From NCBI GenBank assembly GCA_039794085.1, contig JBDIWC010000002.1:32001-96000 (forward strand): a stretch of DNA of 64,000 nucleotides, given 5' to 3'. The notes under the pieces are model-generated. The model was not told the DNA's origin. It searched no databases and worked only from the letters and a program-made list of their open reading frames with translations. Below, in pieces: positions 1 to 11,139 of this stretch (position 1 is its first letter; each line of letters opens with the position of its first letter). Both the position numbers and the translations under genes were made by a program. This stretch comes from Gemmatimonadales bacterium. GTDB lineage: Bacteria; Gemmatimonadota; Gemmatimonadetes; Gemmatimonadales; GWC2-71-9.

Positions 1-2
1 CC

Positions 3-407
3 ACCTCCTCGGGAATCCTCGCCTCGGCCCATGACTGCTCCGACGGCGGCCTGGGCGTTGCCCTCGCGGAAGCTTGTCTCGGGGGTCCCTCCCGGTCCAC
101 GCCCCCCGGTGCATCACTCGATCTGACCACCTATGCCCCCTCCCTCTCTCCCCACGCCCTCCTCTTCGGAGAGGACCACGCGCGGGTGGTCGTAAGCTTC
201 CCGAGAAGCCGACGCAACGACCTGGCGGGACTCGCTCGGCTCCACGGAGTTCCCCTGTTCGGCGCGGGCCGGGTGACCGCCCCGGGCACTCCCCTGCGTG
301 TCACGGTGGGGAAGGTCACGTGGACGTGGGAAACCGATCGTTTGCGACACCTCCATGAGCAGGCGATCCCCCGCCGGATGAATCACACTCCCCGCGGAGA
401 GGGCTGA
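3..407 (+). CDS. purL: Phosphoribosylformylglycinamidine synthase subunit PurL, C-terminal part (5' end outside window)
   Basis: Frame from nt 3 reads ...ILASAHDCSDGGLGVALAEAC...LFGEDHARVVVS, the PurL C-terminal motifs; stops 3 nt before purF. Confidence 0.9.
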   Translation, partial: TSSGILASAHDCSDGGLGVALAEACLGGPSRSTPPGASLDLTTYAPSLSPHALLFGEDHARVVVSFPRSRRNDLAGLARLHGVPLFGAGRVTAPGTPLRVTVGKVTWTWETDRLRHLHEQAIPRRMNHTPRGEG

Positions 408-410
408 GCG

Positions 411-1805
411 ATGTGCGGCATCATCGGGGTCACCGGCCTGCGGGATGCGGCGCGGCTCTGTCACATGGGTCTCTACGCCTTGCAGCACCGGGGCCAGGAG
501 AGCGCCGGCATCGTCTCCATCGATCCGGACGGCCAGCCGCACCTGCACCGGGGGATGGGACTCGTGTCCGAGGCGATTCCGGAGGAGCCCCTCTCCCGTC
601 TGGTCGGTCCGCTCGCGGTGGGCCATACCCGGTATGCCACCACGGGGAGCAGCGTGCTCGCCAATGCCCAGCCCCATGTGGTCAACTACAGGAATGGACC
701 CCTCGTCCTGGCCCACAACGGCAACCTGACCAATGCCGGCCCGATCCGCGCCGAGCTGGTGGACAAGGGATCGATCTTCAGCAGTTCGTCGGACAGCGAA
801 GTCATCATTCACTTGATTGCCCGAAGCGAAGCCCCCGACCCTGAACTCCAGATCCGGGTGGCCCTCGAGCGCGTGGAAGGGGCATTCAGCCTGGTCATGG
901 CGGTGGGCCACACCCTCTATGCCGTCGTCGACCCCCGGGGCTTCCGCCCCCTCTTCCTCGGCGCCCTCGACACCGGTCACGTCGTGGCCAGTGAGACCTG
1001 CGCCTTCGACCTGCTCGGCGCGACGGTGATCCGGGAACTGCAGCCGGGCGAGTTCATGCGGGTCCATGAGGGGCGCATCGAGACCCTCACCCCCCTCCGG
1101 CCCAGGCCGGTGAGCCGGTGCATCTTCGAGCTGGTCTATTTTGCCCGCCCCGACAGCATCGTGTTCGGCCAGTCAGTCGACGGAGTGCGCCGGGAACTGG
1201 GCCGGCAACTCGCCCGGGAACAGCCGGTACACAACGGCGAAGTCGTCTTCAGTGTCCCCGACAGCAGCAACGCCATGGCGCTGGGTTATTCGGAAACCAG
1301 CGGGATCAAGCTGGAACATGCCCTGATCCGTAACCACTACGTCGGGCGGACCTTCATCAACCCGACCCAGTCGGCTCGGGTGGCCAAGGTCCGGATCAAG
1401 TTCAATCCCGTCCGGGAGGTCATCGAGGGCCGCTCCGTGGTGGTCGTGGACGACAGTCTTGTCCGGGGCACCACCAGCAAGGGTCTGGTGCAGATGATTC
1501 GTGCCGCCGGGGCCCGCGAGGTGCACCTCCGGATCGCCTCGCCCCCGATCACCGGACCCTGCCACTACGGCATCGACACACCGCGTCGCGAGGAGCTGAT
1601 CGGCGCCACGCACACCGTGGAGGAGATCAGGACCTTTCTCGGGGTCGACTCCCTGGGCTACCTTTCTCTGGAGGGCATGCACAAGGCCGTGGCCGGAACC
1701 ACCCGCTACTGCAATGCCTGTTTTTCCGGAGCCTATCCCGTGCTGCCCACCAATGACCTGGCACGCACGCGTCACTTGTACCCCGTTCCCGGGAGGTCGG
1801 GATGA
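411..1805 (+). CDS. purF: Amidophosphoribosyltransferase
   Basis: N-terminal MCGIIG (Ntn Cys), LQHRGQESAG, PRPP-binding VVVDDSLVRGTT, Fe-S Cys motifs. Confidence 0.97.
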   Translation: MCGIIGVTGLRDAARLCHMGLYALQHRGQESAGIVSIDPDGQPHLHRGMGLVSEAIPEEPLSRLVGPLAVGHTRYATTGSSVLANAQPHVVNYRNGPLVLAHNGNLTNAGPIRAELVDKGSIFSSSSDSEVIIHLIARSEAPDPELQIRVALERVEGAFSLVMAVGHTLYAVVDPRGFRPLFLGALDTGHVVASETCAFDLLGATVIRELQPGEFMRVHEGRIETLTPLRPRPVSRCIFELVYFARPDSIVFGQSVDGVRRELGRQLAREQPVHNGEVVFSVPDSSNAMALGYSETSGIKLEHALIRNHYVGRTFINPTQSARVAKVRIKFNPVREVIEGRSVVVVDDSLVRGTTSKGLVQMIRAAGAREVHLRIASPPITGPCHYGIDTPRREELIGATHTVEEIRTFLGVDSLGYLSLEGMHKAVAGTTRYCNACFSGAYPVLPTNDLARTRHLYPVPGRSG

Positions 1806-4468
1806 GCGAACCTTGGACCACGCCCCTCGTCTATTTCTTCGGTCAGGGCCGCGCCGACGGTACCTCCGCGATGAAGGATATTCTCGGGGGCAAGGGAGCG
1901 GGACTCGCCGAAATGACCAATCTCGGGATTCCGGTTCCTCCCGGGTTCACCCTCGCGTCCTCCCTCTGCACCACCTATCTCGAGGACCGGCACTTTCCCC
2001 CCCGGCTGCGCGCCCAGGTCGAGTCGAATCTCGGCCGCCTCGAGGCCGCCACCAACCGCCAGTTCGGGGGCACCGACGCCCCCCTTCTGCTGGCCGTCCG
2101 ATCCGGGGCTGCGGTGTCGATGCCCGGCATGATGGAGACCATTCTCAACCTCGGCCTGAACGAGCAGACGGTCGAGGCCCTGGCGCGGGAGAGTGGCGAC
2201 GAACGGTTCGCCCTCGATTCATGGCGGCGCTTCCTGCAGATGTATTCCACCGTCGTGTTCGACGTGCCGAAGCCCCTGTTCGAGAAGGAGATCACGGCCG
2301 TCAAGACCTCCCTCGGTGTCGAGCGGGATGTCGATATCCCGACCGACGGACTCGCTCGTCTGGTCGAGACCTTTCGCGACATCACCGAGAAGCATACGGG
2401 GACACCCTTCCCGTCCGATCCCCTCGATCAGCTCTGGGGGGCCATCCAGGCCGTCTTCGAGTCGTGGAACACCCGGCGGGCCATCGACTACCGGCGCCTC
2501 CACGGCATCCCCTCGAGCATGGGCACCGCCGTGAACATCATGGCGATGGTCTTCGGCAACATGGGCGATACCAGCGGCACCGGGGTCGTCTTCACCCGCA
2601 GTCCCTCCACCGGGGAACCCCGTCTCTATGGCGAGTTCCTGATGAATGCCCAGGGGGAGGACGTCGTCTCCGGCGTCCGGACCCCGGCACCGATCGACCA
2701 ACTGGCTCAGCATCTGCCCGAGGCCCACGCCGAACTTCAGCGCGTGGCCCGAACCCTGGAGCGCCACTTCCGCGACATCCAGGATCTCGAATTCACCATC
2801 GAGCGCGGCCGCCTCTACCTCCTGCAGACTCGCCGCGCCCAGCGCTCCGGCCCCGCCGCCGTCCGCGCCGCCGTGGACATGGTGGACGAGGATCTGATCA
2901 GCCGGGAGGAGGCGATCGCCCGGATCCCCCCGGGCGACCTCGACCAGCTTCTCCACCCCACCATCGATGCCACCGCCCGCCTCGATCTCTTGACCACCGG
3001 CCTTCCCGCCTCTCCGGGCGCCGCCTCGGGACGTATCGTTTTCACCGCCGACGTCGCCCAGGAGCGGGGACGGCAAGGCGAACCGGTCATCCTGGTTCGA
3101 GAGGAAACCAGTCCCGAGGATTTCCACGGCATGGTGGAGGCCCGCGCCATCCTCACCGCCCGGGGCGGGATGACGTCCCACGCCGCCGTGGTGGCCCGGG
3201 GAATGGGGAAACCCTGCGTGGCGGGGGCGACGGCCCTCACGGTGGATGCCACCGCGGGAACCCTCTCCGTCGACGGGCGCTCGGTGCCCGAGGGCGAGTG
3301 GATCACCCTGGATGGCAGCACCGGACGGGTCTATGCGGGGCAAGCCGCGCTGGTGGACCCCCGCCCGGGGGAACATTATGAGCGGGTGATGGCGTGGGCC
3401 GATGAGCTCCGGCATCTCCGGGTCCGGGTGAATGCCGACACCCCGGCCGACGCCCACCGCGGCCGCGATTTTGGCGCCGAGGGGATCGGACTCTGTCGGA
3501 CCGAGCACATGTTCTTCGAGGGGGAACGGATCAACGCCATGCGGGAGATGATTCTGGCCCAGGACCTCGCCGGGCGGGAACGGGCGCTGGCCAAGCTCCT
3601 CCCGATGCAGCGCAACGACTTCGAGGGGATCTTCCGAGCCATGGAGGGACATCCCGTCACGATCCGTCTCCTCGATCCCCCCCTGCATGAGTTCCTGCCG
3701 CACGAGCCGGAAGAGATCGCGGTCCTGGCCGAGCAGATGGGACTGACCCCCGCGGACATCCACCGCAGCGTGGACCGCCTCCGGGAAGTGAACCCGATGC
3801 TGGGGCTGCGCGGATGCCGGCTCGGCATCATCCATCCCGAGATCACGGCGATGCAGGTGCGTGCCATCTTCGAGGCGGCATGCACCATCGCCTCGCGCAA
3901 GGGGCGGGTGCAACCCGAGGTCATGATTCCTCTCGTGGCTCATGTACACGAGTTCCGGCGTCAGGCCCTGATCGTTCGCCAGGTGGCCGAGGAAGTGTTC
4001 CGGGAAAGACAGATCACGGTTCCGTACCTGCTCGGCACGATGATCGAACTGCCGCGCGCCGCTCTCACCGCCGATGAAATCGCCCGGGAGGCCCAGTTCT
4101 TCTCCTTCGGGACCAATGACCTGACCCAGACCACCTGGGGATTGTCACGAGACGACGCCGGGGTCTTCCTCCCGCTCTACGTCCACGAGGGTGTGGTCGA
4201 ACAGGACCCCTTCGTGGTCCTCGACGAACACGGGGTCGGCAAGCTCATCACCATGGCCGCCGAACTGGGACGCACCACACGCGCGGACCTGAAGCTCGGG
4301 ATCTGCGGGGAGCATGGCGGGGATCCCGCGGCCATCGCCTTCTGCGAAAACCTCCGGATGAACTACGTGTCCTGCAGCCCTTTCCGGGTTCCGATCGCGC
4401 GCCTCGCCGCGGCCCAGGCGGCCCTGACCTCCCGAGGAACCATCAACCGGACGCAAGCCACCGTATGA
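1802..4468 (+). CDS. ppdK: Pyruvate, phosphate dikinase
   Basis: [44 protein letters not shown] (phospho-His), [21 protein letters not shown]. Confidence 0.97.
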   Translation: MSEPWTTPLVYFFGQGRADGTSAMKDILGGKGAGLAEMTNLGIPVPPGFTLASSLCTTYLEDRHFPPRLRAQVESNLGRLEAATNRQFGGTDAPLLLAVRSGAAVSMPGMMETILNLGLNEQTVEALARESGDERFALDSWRRFLQMYSTVVFDVPKPLFEKEITAVKTSLGVERDVDIPTDGLARLVETFRDITEKHTGTPFPSDPLDQLWGAIQAVFESWNTRRAIDYRRLHGIPSSMGTAVNIMAMVFGNMGDTSGTGVVFTRSPSTGEPRLYGEFLMNAQGEDVVSGVRTPAPIDQLAQHLPEAHAELQRVARTLERHFRDIQDLEFTIERGRLYLLQTRRAQRSGPAAVRAAVDMVDEDLISREEAIARIPPGDLDQLLHPTIDATARLDLLTTGLPASPGAASGRIVFTADVAQERGRQGEPVILVREETSPEDFHGMVEARAILTARGGMTSHAAVVARGMGKPCVAGATALTVDATAGTLSVDGRSVPEGEWITLDGSTGRVYAGQAALVDPRPGEHYERVMAWADELRHLRVRVNADTPADAHRGRDFGAEGIGLCRTEHMFFEGERINAMREMILAQDLAGRERALAKLLPMQRNDFEGIFRAMEGHPVTIRLLDPPLHEFLPHEPEEIAVLAEQMGLTPADIHRSVDRLREVNPMLGLRGCRLGIIHPEITAMQVRAIFEAACTIASRKGRVQPEVMIPLVAHVHEFRRQALIVRQVAEEVFRERQITVPYLLGTMIELPRAALTADEIAREAQFFSFGTNDLTQTTWGLSRDDAGVFLPLYVHEGVVEQDPFVVLDEHGVGKLITMAAELGRTTRADLKLGICGEHGGDPAAIAFCENLRMNYVSCSPFRVPIARLAAAQAALTSRGTINRTQATV

Positions 4469-4968
4469 GCACTCCTCCCGCCCCGCGCGTGGGGATCGTC
4501 ATGGGCTCCTCCTCGGACTGGTCCGTCATGGAGCACGCGGCCCGGAGGCTCGACCAGTTCCACGTGCCCTGCGAAACCCGGATCGTGTCGGCCCACCGAA
4601 CCCCCGACCTGCTCTGGACATATGCGGAGCAGGCGGCGGAACGGGGTCTCGCCTGCATCATCGCCGGCGCGGGAGGAGCCGCCCATCTGCCGGGAATGCT
4701 CGCCGCCACGTGCACCGTTCCTGTCCTCGGGGTCCCCGTCCCCAGCCGTCATCTGCAGGGGATGGACTCGCTCCTCTCAATTGTCCAGATGCCGGCCGGA
4801 ATCCCGGTGGCCACCTTCGCCATCGGCGAGGCCGGCGCACACAACGCCGCGCTCTTTGCCATCGCATTGCTGGGTGTGACGGATCCCGGGATCCGGGCCG
4901 AGCTCGACCTCTTCCGGGCGTCCCAGCGCGACATGGTCCTCCACCAGACGCTTCCTCCCCACCCATGA
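4465..4968 (+). CDS. purE: N5-CAIR mutase
   Basis: [46 protein letters not shown]. Confidence 0.97.
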   Translation: MSTPPAPRVGIVMGSSSDWSVMEHAARRLDQFHVPCETRIVSAHRTPDLLWTYAEQAAERGLACIIAGAGGAAHLPGMLAATCTVPVLGVPVPSRHLQGMDSLLSIVQMPAGIPVATFAIGEAGAHNAALFAIALLGVTDPGIRAELDLFRASQRDMVLHQTLPPHP

Positions 4969-6116
4969 TCCTCCCCGGCGCCACCCTGGGACTCCTGGGC
5001 GGAGGCCAACTGGGCCGCATGTTCACGGCCCAGGCGCGCCGGATGGGGTACGAGGTGGTGGTGCTCGATCCGGATCCCGGAAGCCCGGCGGGAGCTCTGG
5101 CCACGAGGCATCTCGCCGCATCCTACACCGACGCCGCCGCACTGGAGGAGATGGCGCGGACCACCAGCGTTGTCACCACCGAGTTCGAGAACGTGTCCGC
5201 CGACGCGCTCCACCTGCTTGCCACCCGGGTACGCGTCGCTCCGGGAGCCACCGCCGTGCATACGACCCAGGACCGGGTCCGGGAAAAGCAGTTCCTGCAT
5301 GACCAGGGAATCGCCACCGCGCCCTTTGCCGTGGTCCGTACCCCGGACGACCTGGCCGGTGCCTGGACCCAGGTTGGCGCGCCGGCCCTCTTCAAGACCA
5401 GCCAGCTCGGCTACGACGGCAAGGGCCAACTCCCGGTTTGCACCCTGCGCGACTTGGAGGACGCCTTCACCCACCTCGGCGGCGTGCCCGGGGTGCTCGA
5501 GCACCGGCTTCCCCTGGAGACCGAACTCTCCGTCGTTCTCGCCCGGGGTGACGACGGGCGGGTGGCCGCCTTTCCCGCCGGTGACAACATCCACCACCAG
5601 GGGATTCTCGACACCACCACGCTCCCTTCGGCGCTTCCCGCCTCGATCACGGAGCAGGCAACCCGCTGCGCCAGCCTCATCGCCGAGCGTCTGGAGTACG
5701 TCGGGGTGCTCGGCGTGGAGTTCTTCGTGGCACGAGGAGGGCTCCTCTACGCCAATGAGATCGCGCCTCGGCCGCACAACAGCGGTCACTTCACCCAGGA
5801 CGCCTGTACTCTCTGCCAGTTTGAACAGCAAGTCCGGGCGATCTGCGGCCTTCCCCTGGGGCACCCCGCCCTGTTGTCTCCCGTGTGCATGATCAACCTG
5901 CTCGGCGATCTCTGGGAGCACGGACCCCCGCGCTGGGACCGGGTCCTCGATCTTCCTGGAGTCACCCTGCACCTGTACGGCAAGGCGACACCCCGGCCGG
6001 GGCGGAAAATGGGTCACCTGAATTGTCTGGCCCCCACGGCGGCGGAGGCGTTCGCCCTCGCACACCGGGCCCGGGATCTTCTCGTCTCCGGGGCCCCCGC
6101 CACACAGGGAACCTGA
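4965..6116 (+). CDS. purK: N5-CAIR synthetase
   Basis: ATG at 4965 overlaps the purE stop (ATGA); [34 protein letters not shown]. Confidence 0.96.
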   Translation: MILPGATLGLLGGGQLGRMFTAQARRMGYEVVVLDPDPGSPAGALATRHLAASYTDAAALEEMARTTSVVTTEFENVSADALHLLATRVRVAPGATAVHTTQDRVREKQFLHDQGIATAPFAVVRTPDDLAGAWTQVGAPALFKTSQLGYDGKGQLPVCTLRDLEDAFTHLGGVPGVLEHRLPLETELSVVLARGDDGRVAAFPAGDNIHHQGILDTTTLPSALPASITEQATRCASLIAERLEYVGVLGVEFFVARGGLLYANEIAPRPHNSGHFTQDACTLCQFEQQVRAICGLPLGHPALLSPVCMINLLGDLWEHGPPRWDRVLDLPGVTLHLYGKATPRPGRKMGHLNCLAPTAAEAFALAHRARDLLVSGAPATQGT

Positions 6117-6187
6117 CCGCCCGGATCCCGAACAAGTTCAGCTCACGAACCGCTGGTGATCCGGCTCTTCAGGCGTCGGAGGGTCGA

Positions 6188-6287
6188 CCACAAAAAGCAC
6201 AAAAAAACACAAAAGGTACGATCCCCTGGCTTCGTCCCCCCTCCGAGGGGCCTCCTGCCTTTTGTGTCTTCTGTGCCTCTTGTGGCC
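6188..6287. repeat. REP-like inverted repeat with triple CACAAA arms
   Basis: CCACAAAAAGCACAAAAAAACACAAAAGG (6188-6216) is the approximate reverse complement of CCTTTTGTGTCTTCTGTGCCTCTTGTGG (6258-6285); lies between convergent genes. Confidence 0.7.
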
Positions 6288-6410
6288 ATTTTTCCCACCC
6301 ACCGGACAACTGGAACACCTCGCCAGGAGCGGCTCACGAACCGCCCCGGCACACGCACGACGGGCCGGGAGCACCAGCCCCCGGCCCGCCCACGACACCC
6401 GGCCCGGCTG

Positions 6411-9047
6411 CTACTTCGTCGGGTTCAGAATATCATCGATCTGCGCCCGGGCCGCTTCAAGATGCGCCCGGGTTTCCCGGTTGGAGGCCTTGGCCACGGC
6501 CGCCTGCAGTTGTCCGTCGAGGGCACGAAGCTCACTGCGGAGCAACGCCTTGACATCGCTCGTGGCCCGCGCGGGCTGGAACTGCCGGGCAAACTGAGGT
6601 GGCAGCCCCGGCGGCAGGGCCGGGGTCGCCGGCGGGTTGAGCTTGTTGCCCGCCGTGGTCAGGTAGACCCGCTGCAGTTCCCGGCGGAAGGGATCGATCG
6701 ACACCGAGCCGGCCCGCAGCTCGGACCAGACTCCGCCTCGCAGATCCGAGAGCATGTCGCCCAGGGAGTAGACGTTCGCCTTGTTGGGCTCCAGGGCCTC
6801 GAACTCGATCAACCGTTCCATCCGGCGATCGTTGAGGAGGCCATTCAGCACACCCGCCTGCGCGCCGTTGATGCGCCGAATGGCACCCTCGACCTCGATC
6901 TTTCGCAACACATCGGTGTTCAGGAAGAAGGTTGGGGTGGCGAAGGCGTTCTCGTTGAGGAAGCGAACGGCCTCCCGCTGCCGGCTCCGGCTGATGGGCA
7001 CGAAGCGGACGCCGTCCTGTCCCGCCACCTTTTCCTGGGCCAAGGTTCCACCCACCACCTGGGTGACGTGGCTCAGTTCCCGCGACCACTGTCCCACCAG
7101 ACGGCCGTAGAGCATCTCCAGGTCGTCGTAATTTTCACCGTCCGTCGTTCCCGCCTGAAGGAGAAGGGGGACAAGACGCTTGATGTTCCGGATCCCCCAG
7201 CCGGTGGCCTTCACGGGGTCGTCATCACCGACCGCCTCGTTATGGTCACCCGGGTCGGACCCGCCGGACCCCTGCACGTTGAACCGGTACCAGGGCACCG
7301 AGTCCTGCTCCCGGGCCCATTGGTCGAGGGTGGCCTTTTCCGCATCCGGCGAGGTGGCCCCGGGAATCGGCTTGTACCCCCACATCGTGGCCCACTTGTC
7401 ATAGGGGCCGATGATCGGCGAGAGGTCCTCAATGGCGATGCTGTCCTCGGGCTGGGCCACATAGTTCCAGCGCGAATAGTCCATCAGCGTCGGCGTGTGT
7501 CCCATCCGGGCCACCCAGGTCCGACTGCGAACGCTGTCGACCGGGTAGGTGGATGACGCTTTCTGATTGTGCTGGAAGCCGAGGGTGTGCCCCACCTCGT
7601 GCGCCACCACGTACTCCACCAGCCGACCCATGAGGGAATCGGGATAGGGCCACTGCAGCGCACGCGGATCGAGGTGCCCCACCTGGGTGAAGTACCAGCT
7701 CCGCAGCAGATTCATGATGTTGTGGTACATGTAGACGTCGGCTTCGAGAATCTCGCCGGTCCGCGGGTCGTGAACATGGGGTCCCTGGGCATTCTCCGTG
7801 GTGGAGGGGAGCCAGCGGATCACCGAGTACCGGGCATCCTCGGCGGACCAGTTCGGGTCCTCCGCCTTGGTCGGGGCGTCCTTGGCCACGATTCCGTTCC
7901 GGAATCCGGCGGCCTCGAAGGCGGGCTTCCACTGCTCGATCCCCGCCTTCACGTAGGGGACAAGCCAGGTGGGCGTTGCGGGATCCACGTAATAGGTGAT
8001 CGGCTTGACCGGATCGGAAATGGCGGCGGTCGGATCCTTCTTCTCGAGGCGATACCGGGTGATGAAGGTGCGCTGCTGGGCCCTCTGTTCCGGGCGACTG
8101 AAGTCCAGGTAGCCGGTCGAGAAGTATCCCACGCGACGGTCGAAGAGCCGCGGCATCATCGGGTCATCGGGGAGCTTCACCATGCTCCAGTGCATCACCA
8201 GGGACGTGGTCCGGTTGGCGGCATTGTTGCCTCCGAAGGGACCACCACCACCGCCCCCCGCGGCGCCCGGAGGAGGTCCGGCTGTGAGCACGGCCTCGAC
8301 CTCGACATTGATCGGATATCCGGCCACCCGCTCGATGAACGAACGGGTCTGGTCGGGATTCCCCCGCATGTTGTTGCCGGGCCCGATCTCGGGCGGCGGA
8401 CTGGTGAAGAGCCGGGTCACGTCCACCACCGCCGCGCTGTCGGGTCCGTAGGTCTCGACATTGAAGGCGCCCAGGATGGGCCCGTAGTTGGACGCGTCCA
8501 CCGCCTGAGCGATGGGAGACGAGGGGTCGGCCACCAAGTTGTAGTTGATGGAGCGCACGATCATCCGGTTCCCGCGCCGCTCCCACCGGAGCACACGGGG
8601 CTGTCCCACCTGCTGTCCCCCGTAGGGACCGCCGCCGCTGGCGCCTTCGGGCGCCTTGGCCAGCCGGGCCACCACGAGAATCTCCTTGCCCAGCAGGGCG
8701 TCGGGAATCTCGAACATCAACTTGCTGCCCACCATGTGACTCTTCCAGAGCCCATCCTGGCTCTTGGCTTCACTGGTGATGACCCGGTCATACGGACGGG
8801 GAGCGGGCTCCCCCGCTCCACCCCCAGGGCCACCGGCTCCGGGGCCACCCGGACCGCCCGGACGAACGGCGCCGCCGGGACCGCCAGGCGTGGGACGAGA
8901 GGGCTGCTCGGCCGGAGTCGGCGTGACGGCTGGTGTGGGTTGACCCGGGACCGGAGCCGGTGGAAGCGGTGGCGGAGGCTTGTAGCAGCCGCCCGCGACG
9001 AACGTGGCGCCAAGCAGGAGCAGGCGCAGGGAATCAATCTTCGGCAA
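6411..9047 (-). CDS. Secreted zinc-dependent metalloprotease (EcxA-like / DUF5117-DUF5118 type), probable lipoprotein
   Basis: HEVGHTLGFQHN zincin motif, downstream LMDY Met-turn, MMPRLFDRRVGYF; TTG start at 9047 after GGAGG, followed by LLLLGATFVAGGC lipobox and a Pro/Gly-rich linker. Confidence 0.85.
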   Translation of the reverse strand: MPKIDSLRLLLLGATFVAGGCYKPPPPLPPAPVPGQPTPAVTPTPAEQPSRPTPGGPGGAVRPGGPGGPGAGGPGGGAGEPAPRPYDRVITSEAKSQDGLWKSHMVGSKLMFEIPDALLGKEILVVARLAKAPEGASGGGPYGGQQVGQPRVLRWERRGNRMIVRSINYNLVADPSSPIAQAVDASNYGPILGAFNVETYGPDSAAVVDVTRLFTSPPPEIGPGNNMRGNPDQTRSFIERVAGYPINVEVEAVLTAGPPPGAAGGGGGGPFGGNNAANRTTSLVMHWSMVKLPDDPMMPRLFDRRVGYFSTGYLDFSRPEQRAQQRTFITRYRLEKKDPTAAISDPVKPITYYVDPATPTWLVPYVKAGIEQWKPAFEAAGFRNGIVAKDAPTKAEDPNWSAEDARYSVIRWLPSTTENAQGPHVHDPRTGEILEADVYMYHNIMNLLRSWYFTQVGHLDPRALQWPYPDSLMGRLVEYVVAHEVGHTLGFQHNQKASSTYPVDSVRSRTWVARMGHTPTLMDYSRWNYVAQPEDSIAIEDLSPIIGPYDKWATMWGYKPIPGATSPDAEKATLDQWAREQDSVPWYRFNVQGSGGSDPGDHNEAVGDDDPVKATGWGIRNIKRLVPLLLQAGTTDGENYDDLEMLYGRLVGQWSRELSHVTQVVGGTLAQEKVAGQDGVRFVPISRSRQREAVRFLNENAFATPTFFLNTDVLRKIEVEGAIRRINGAQAGVLNGLLNDRRMERLIEFEALEPNKANVYSLGDMLSDLRGGVWSELRAGSVSIDPFRRELQRVYLTTAGNKLNPPATPALPPGLPPQFARQFQPARATSDVKALLRSELRALDGQLQAAVAKASNRETRAHLEAARAQIDDILNPTK

Positions 9048-9185
9048 GGAATCCTCCGGAAGGGAACCGGTGCCCGGACCGGGCGAATGTGCGTTCGGAA
9101 CCAACACGCGGGAACGGTGGATACTAGCCCGGTCGGGGCGATGGGGGAAGGTCGCCGCGGGGTCCCCCACCCATCCGGACCGACG

Positions 9186-10472
9186 TTACGCCGACTCCTC
9201 CCTGGATGCTGCGCTCGACGCCGTGTCCTGAAGCCGACTCAGAATGTTGATCCCCGTCGCCGCTTCGATCTGCTTGGTCAACTGAATGATCGCTGTCGGG
9301 AGCTGCCCCGCGGCGTTGGCCACTCCCGTGGCCCCACTGCCTGAATCGAATACCGTCACCTTGTCGATCTGCATCTCCCCCACCGACCCGCTGATCTCCC
9401 GGATGATGTCGGGGAGCATGTTCAGAATGAAGATCCGCTCGGCCTCCGTCCCCGCCGACTGATACAGCTTGATCGTCTGCTCCAGCACGAACAGCTTCGC
9501 CTTCCCGTCCTCCGCGATCGTGGCGGCAACACCCTTGGCGCGCGCTTCGGCCGCTTCCTGTTCAGCCCGCGCGGGAAGGAGCACATCGGCCTCGAGGCGC
9601 CGCTGTTCCAGACTGATTCTCTCCTGCTGCAGCGTCTGCTCGGCCACCACCCGCGCCTTCTCGCCGGCCACCACCGCCTCGGACTCGCGCGCCATCGCCT
9701 CCCCCTCCAGTTCGGCCCGTCTCACCCGGAGTCGATTGCTTTCCTCGGCGATGCGCAGGTCCGCCTGCAACGCCGCCACCTGCGCCGCCTGTCGCGCGGC
9801 TGCTTCCGTCTGTTCCGCCTCCGCCGACCGCTGCGCCTCGGCCACCCGGGAGATCTTGAGAATCTCCGCCGTCTTCTGACGTCCGATTGAGCCGAGGTAG
9901 TTCACCTCGTCGGTCACGTTCTGGATCTTCAGGGTGTCGAGCTCGAGGCCGAGCTTGCGGAGATCCTCGTCGGCCTCCTCGATCAGCCGTTGGGCAAACT
10001 TCAGCCGGTCCTCGTTCACCTCTTCGGGGGTCAGGGTGGCGAGCACACCGCGGAGGTTCCCTTCCAGGGTGTCCTTGGCAATCTGCATCACCTCGTCGAA
10101 CGGCTTGTCGAGGAGCCGCTCCACCGCGTTGTGCGACGTCGGATCGCGTCCGCTGACTTTCACGTTCGCGATGCCCTGCACCAGCAGGGGAATGCCACCC
10201 TTCGAGTAGGCGTTCCGAACCGCCACCTCGATCGGGATGGTGCGGAGGTCGATCCGCGACACCCGCTCGATCAGGGGGATCCGCAGAGTCCGGCCTCCGC
10301 GCAGAACGCGATAGCCAATCTCACGCCCGTCGACCGCAGTGCGCCTCCGGCCGGTGATGACCACCATCTCGTTGGGCAGGCAGATGACGATCAGGGCCTT
10401 GACCGCGAGGATGATGGCGAGGATGACGCCCAGGAGGACGGCTCCGATGGTCCCGACAACGACGAGGTCCAT
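9186..10472 (-). CDS. Flotillin-like SPFH domain protein
   Basis: N-terminal TM, PNEMVVITGR, TLEGNLRGVLATLTPEEVNEDR, Ala/Glu-rich coiled coil. Confidence 0.9.
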   Translation of the reverse strand: MDLVVVGTIGAVLLGVILAIILAVKALIVICLPNEMVVITGRRRTAVDGREIGYRVLRGGRTLRIPLIERVSRIDLRTIPIEVAVRNAYSKGGIPLLVQGIANVKVSGRDPTSHNAVERLLDKPFDEVMQIAKDTLEGNLRGVLATLTPEEVNEDRLKFAQRLIEEADEDLRKLGLELDTLKIQNVTDEVNYLGSIGRQKTAEILKISRVAEAQRSAEAEQTEAAARQAAQVAALQADLRIAEESNRLRVRRAELEGEAMARESEAVVAGEKARVVAEQTLQQERISLEQRRLEADVLLPARAEQEAAEARAKGVAATIAEDGKAKLFVLEQTIKLYQSAGTEAERIFILNMLPDIIREISGSVGEMQIDKVTVFDSGSGATGVANAAGQLPTAIIQLTKQIEAATGINILSRLQDTASSAASREESA

Positions 10473-10482
10473 GCGTTTTCTC

Positions 10483-11046
10483 TCAGGTGGAGGGGGGAAT
10501 CTCGAGCTGAGTGGCCGCCATGACGCTGGCCACCCCATGGGAGGTACTCAGGATGATCACTTCCTGGCCGACCGCGAGGGGAGCGTCCACTTCGCCGGCC
10601 AGGGTCGCCGTCAGGTACATCTCGCGCCCGGCGATGAGGCAGGCGATCTGCCCCGGATTTTCCGCGCTGATCGGAAGGACGACCCGGGCCAGGGCTCCGT
10701 GGAAGTCCTCGTCCCCCAGGATGTCGACGGAGGAGTCGGTCCGACGGAGCCAGGTGAAGACGCCGTGAGCCAGTCCCATCGACACGACGCCGAGCGCCGC
10801 CGCCGTCCCCATCACGATGACGGGTGCCACTCCGAATGCCGTCAGGAGGAGGCCGGTCACACCGAAGGCCGCGAGGAGGAAGGTGAGGTTCCGGGTGCTG
10901 AAGAGCCCGAGAAGGAAATGCGTCGCGCCACCCGAGTCGCCGTCGTCCAGGTCGGCAGCGTCCGCCCCGTCGTCGTCGCCGCCCAACGTGGAGAACATCA
11001 GGAGGCCGAGTCCAATGATGGTGCACAGCAGATAGACCGACGTCAT
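10483..11046 (-). CDS. NfeD/YqiJ-like membrane protein (flotillin partner)
   Basis: Three hydrophobic segments, acidic loop, C-terminal OB-like domain; directly upstream of the SPFH gene. Confidence 0.75.
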   Translation of the reverse strand: MTSVYLLCTIIGLGLLMFSTLGGDDDGADAADLDDGDSGGATHFLLGLFSTRNLTFLLAAFGVTGLLLTAFGVAPVIVMGTAAALGVVSMGLAHGVFTWLRRTDSSVDILGDEDFHGALARVVLPISAENPGQIACLIAGREMYLTATLAGEVDAPLAVGQEVIILSTSHGVASVMAATQLEIPPST

Positions 11047-11139
11047 CCACGATCACCTCGTGGCGTTGGGAGAGTGCCTGAAGATTGTCTGGTCGGGCCA
11101 GGCTTGGGAAGAGTAAGCCGGTGCCGCCTTGCGGGAATC

